The notes beneath the pieces are model-generated. The model did no database searches. It worked only from the letters and a program-made list of their open reading frames with translations, and was not told the origin of the DNA. Position numbers and translations under genes: made by a program. 64,000 nt of DNA. Source: Methanomethylovorans hollandica DSM 15978 (GTDB lineage Archaea > Halobacteriota > Methanosarcinia > Methanosarcinales > Methanosarcinaceae). The first letter of the stretch is position 1; the number at the start of each line of letters is the position of its first letter. Of this stretch, positions 62,130 to 64,000 are shown one piece after another. Where the stretch lies: the NCBI RefSeq assembly GCF_000328665.1, contig NC_019977.1:1302001-1366000 (forward strand). Reading direction: 5' to 3'.

Positions 62130-64000
62130 GCAACATTGGTCAGCCTGAACGTGCCACACAAGACCGCATCATCTCTTTATTCCGCTATGAGCTTGGTTAT
62201 CGTTACCTCGGCAACTGGATCGACCGCGACGGTAACAGCAACATCGAGGAAGAACTACTGAAGGCCTACCTGATAGAAAAAGGCTACACTCCCAAGCAGA
62301 CCAGCATAGCTCTACACAAACTGCGGACTGAAGCCAACAACCACAGCCGTAATCTTTACAGCAATAATCAGGCCGTCTATAGCTTGCTGCGCTATGGTGT
62401 GCCTGTAAAGACCGAGGCAGGCAAGGTCACAGAGAGTGTGCACCTCATTAACTGGCAGGAACCGCAGAAGAACGACTTTGCCATAGCCGAGGAAGTCACC
62501 CTCAGGGGTAATCGTGAGCGCAGACCTGACATTGTGCTCTATGTGAACGGTATCGCCATAGGTGTGCTGGAACTTAAGAACAGCCGCATCAGTATCGGTG
62601 ACGGTATCCGTCAAAATCTTTCTAACCAGCAGCCTGAGTTCAATGCATGGTTCTTCAGTACCGTGCAGTTAATCTTTGCAGGCAATGATTCCGAAGGCCT
62701 GAGATACGGCACCATCGGCACTCCGGAGAAGTATTTCCTCACGTGGAAAGAGGAGGAAGAGGACGACAGCCGCTTCAAGCTCGATAAATACCTGCTCAAG
62801 ATGTGCAACAAAGCAAGACTCATCGAGCTCATGCACGATTTCGTGCTCTTTGATGGCGGTATCAAAAAACTTCCAAGAGTGCACCAGTATTTCGGTGTCA
62901 AGGCAGCACAAAAACATGTCCTGCAACACAAAAGCGGCATCATCTGGCACACCCAGGGCAGCGGTAAGAGTATTGTCATGGTACTGCTGGCCAAATGGAT
63001 ACTGGAGCACAATCCCAATGCCCGTGTGGCTATAATAACAGACCGTGATGAGCTTGATAAACAGATAAAAGGAGTATTCACCGAAGCCGGAGAAGATATT
63101 GTACGCACCACCAGCGGCCGGGAACTCCTGAGTTTGCTCAGTCAGGCCCAACCCCGCCTGCTCTGCTCTCTGGTACACAAGTTCGGCCCCAAAAATGTGG
63201 ATGATTTTGATGCGTTCATCAGAGACCTGAAAGCACAGCCCAGCAAGACCGTAGGTGAGGTCTTTGTATTCGTGGACGAATGCCACCGTACCCAGAGCGG
63301 TAAACTGAATACAGCCATGAAGGCAATTATGCCAAATGCAGTATTCATCGGTTTTACCGGTACTCCCCTGCTCAAGAAAGACAAACAGACCAGTCTGGAA
63401 GTGTTCGGGGGTTACATTCACGTCTACAAGTTCAGCGAGGCCGTAGAGGATAAAGTGGTGCTTGACCTGGTCTATGAAGCCCGTGATATCGACCAGCGTC
63501 TTGGTTCCGAAGCAAAGATCGATGCATGGTTCGAGGCCAAGACCAGAGGTCTCAATGACTGGCAGAAAGACGAACTCAAGAAACACTGGGGTACCATGCA
63601 GATGGTGCTCAGTTCCCGCTCCCGTATGGATAAAGTAGTAAACGACATAATCTTTGATTTTAGCGTAAAGCCCCGCCTGTCCAGTGATCGCGGTAATGCC
63701 ATCCTGGTAGCATCCAGTATCTACGAAGCCTGCAAGTATTTCACCCTTTTTCTGAATACGCCATTAAAAGGCAAATGCGCTGTAGTGACATCCTACAATC
63801 CGCAGTCCAGGGACGTGACCAAAGAGGACACCGGCGCCAACACCGAAACAGATAAAGAGTTCATCTATCACACATACACTGAACTGCTCAGGGATATCGA
63901 ATCCAATCCGGGCATGACAAAGACCGAGACCTACGAAGAACATGCCAAGACACTGTTCGTCAAACAGCCAGCTAACATGCAGCTGCTCATAGTGGTGGAC
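62126..64000 (+). CDS. hsdR: Type I R-M restriction subunit (runs off the window)
   Basis: ATGA overlap; RRPDIVLYVNG...LELK, WHTQGSGKS, DECHR; absent from the ORF track because it has no stop in the window. Confidence 0.95.
   Translation, partial: MSNIGQPERATQDRIISLFRYELGYRYLGNWIDRDGNSNIEEELLKAYLIEKGYTPKQTSIALHKLRTEANNHSRNLYSNNQAVYSLLRYGVPVKTEAGKVTESVHLINWQEPQKNDFAIAEEVTLRGNRERRPDIVLYVNGIAIGVLELKNSRISIGDGIRQNLSNQQPEFNAWFFSTVQLIFAGNDSEGLRYGTIGTPEKYFLTWKEEEEDDSRFKLDKYLLKMCNKARLIELMHDFVLFDGGIKKLPRVHQYFGVKAAQKHVLQHKSGIIWHTQGSGKSIVMVLLAKWILEHNPNARVAIITDRDELDKQIKGVFTEAGEDIVRTTSGRELLSLLSQAQPRLLCSLVHKFGPKNVDDFDAFIRDLKAQPSKTVGEVFVFVDECHRTQSGKLNTAMKAIMPNAVFIGFTGTPLLKKDKQTSLEVFGGYIHVYKFSEAVEDKVVLDLVYEARDIDQRLGSEAKIDAWFEAKTRGLNDWQKDELKKHWGTMQMVLSSRSRMDKVVNDIIFDFSVKPRLSSDRGNAILVASSIYEACKYFTLFLNTPLKGKCAVVTSYNPQSRDVTKEDTGANTETDKEFIYHTYTELLRDIESNPGMTKTETYEEHAKTLFVKQPANMQLLIVVD

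Noticed and set aside
62312..63702. Long minus-strand ORFs (up to 305 aa), and similar ones opposite ppsA, hsdM and hsdR
   Set aside because: Antisense shadows of well-supported genes

Overview
Archaeal chromosome segment, most consistent with a Methanosarcinaceae methanogen (FrhB-family F420 protein, PdaD, DUF1638, DUF1724 wHTH and TrmB regulators, ISH3/IS1 elements, archaeal TATA boxes). All calls are motif recognition by eye, without database searches. Housekeeping genes (ppsA, PfpI, MBL hydrolase) end at tRNA-Leu(TAA) 6048-6131. An island follows: a type I R-M operon interleaved with ORF6N, a Kiwa-like pair and RhuM genes, then two casposase (Cas1-solo) relics and a casposon-type PolB relic, which I read as decayed casposons at tRNA-Leu. 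The middle is a patchwork of accessory genes. It includes an unannotated 3 x 68-bp array encoding three tandem 19-aa peptides inside a 5'/3' stem (26544-26805) and two unannotated Zn-ribbon microproteins (37756-38028). The 39.5-48.3 kb stretch has interleaved direct repeats with ISH3, IS630 and IS1. The window ends in a second type I R-M operon. The most unusual signals are the peptide array, the co-varying DNA palindromes inside the RhuM and ORF6N genes, and the casposon relics.
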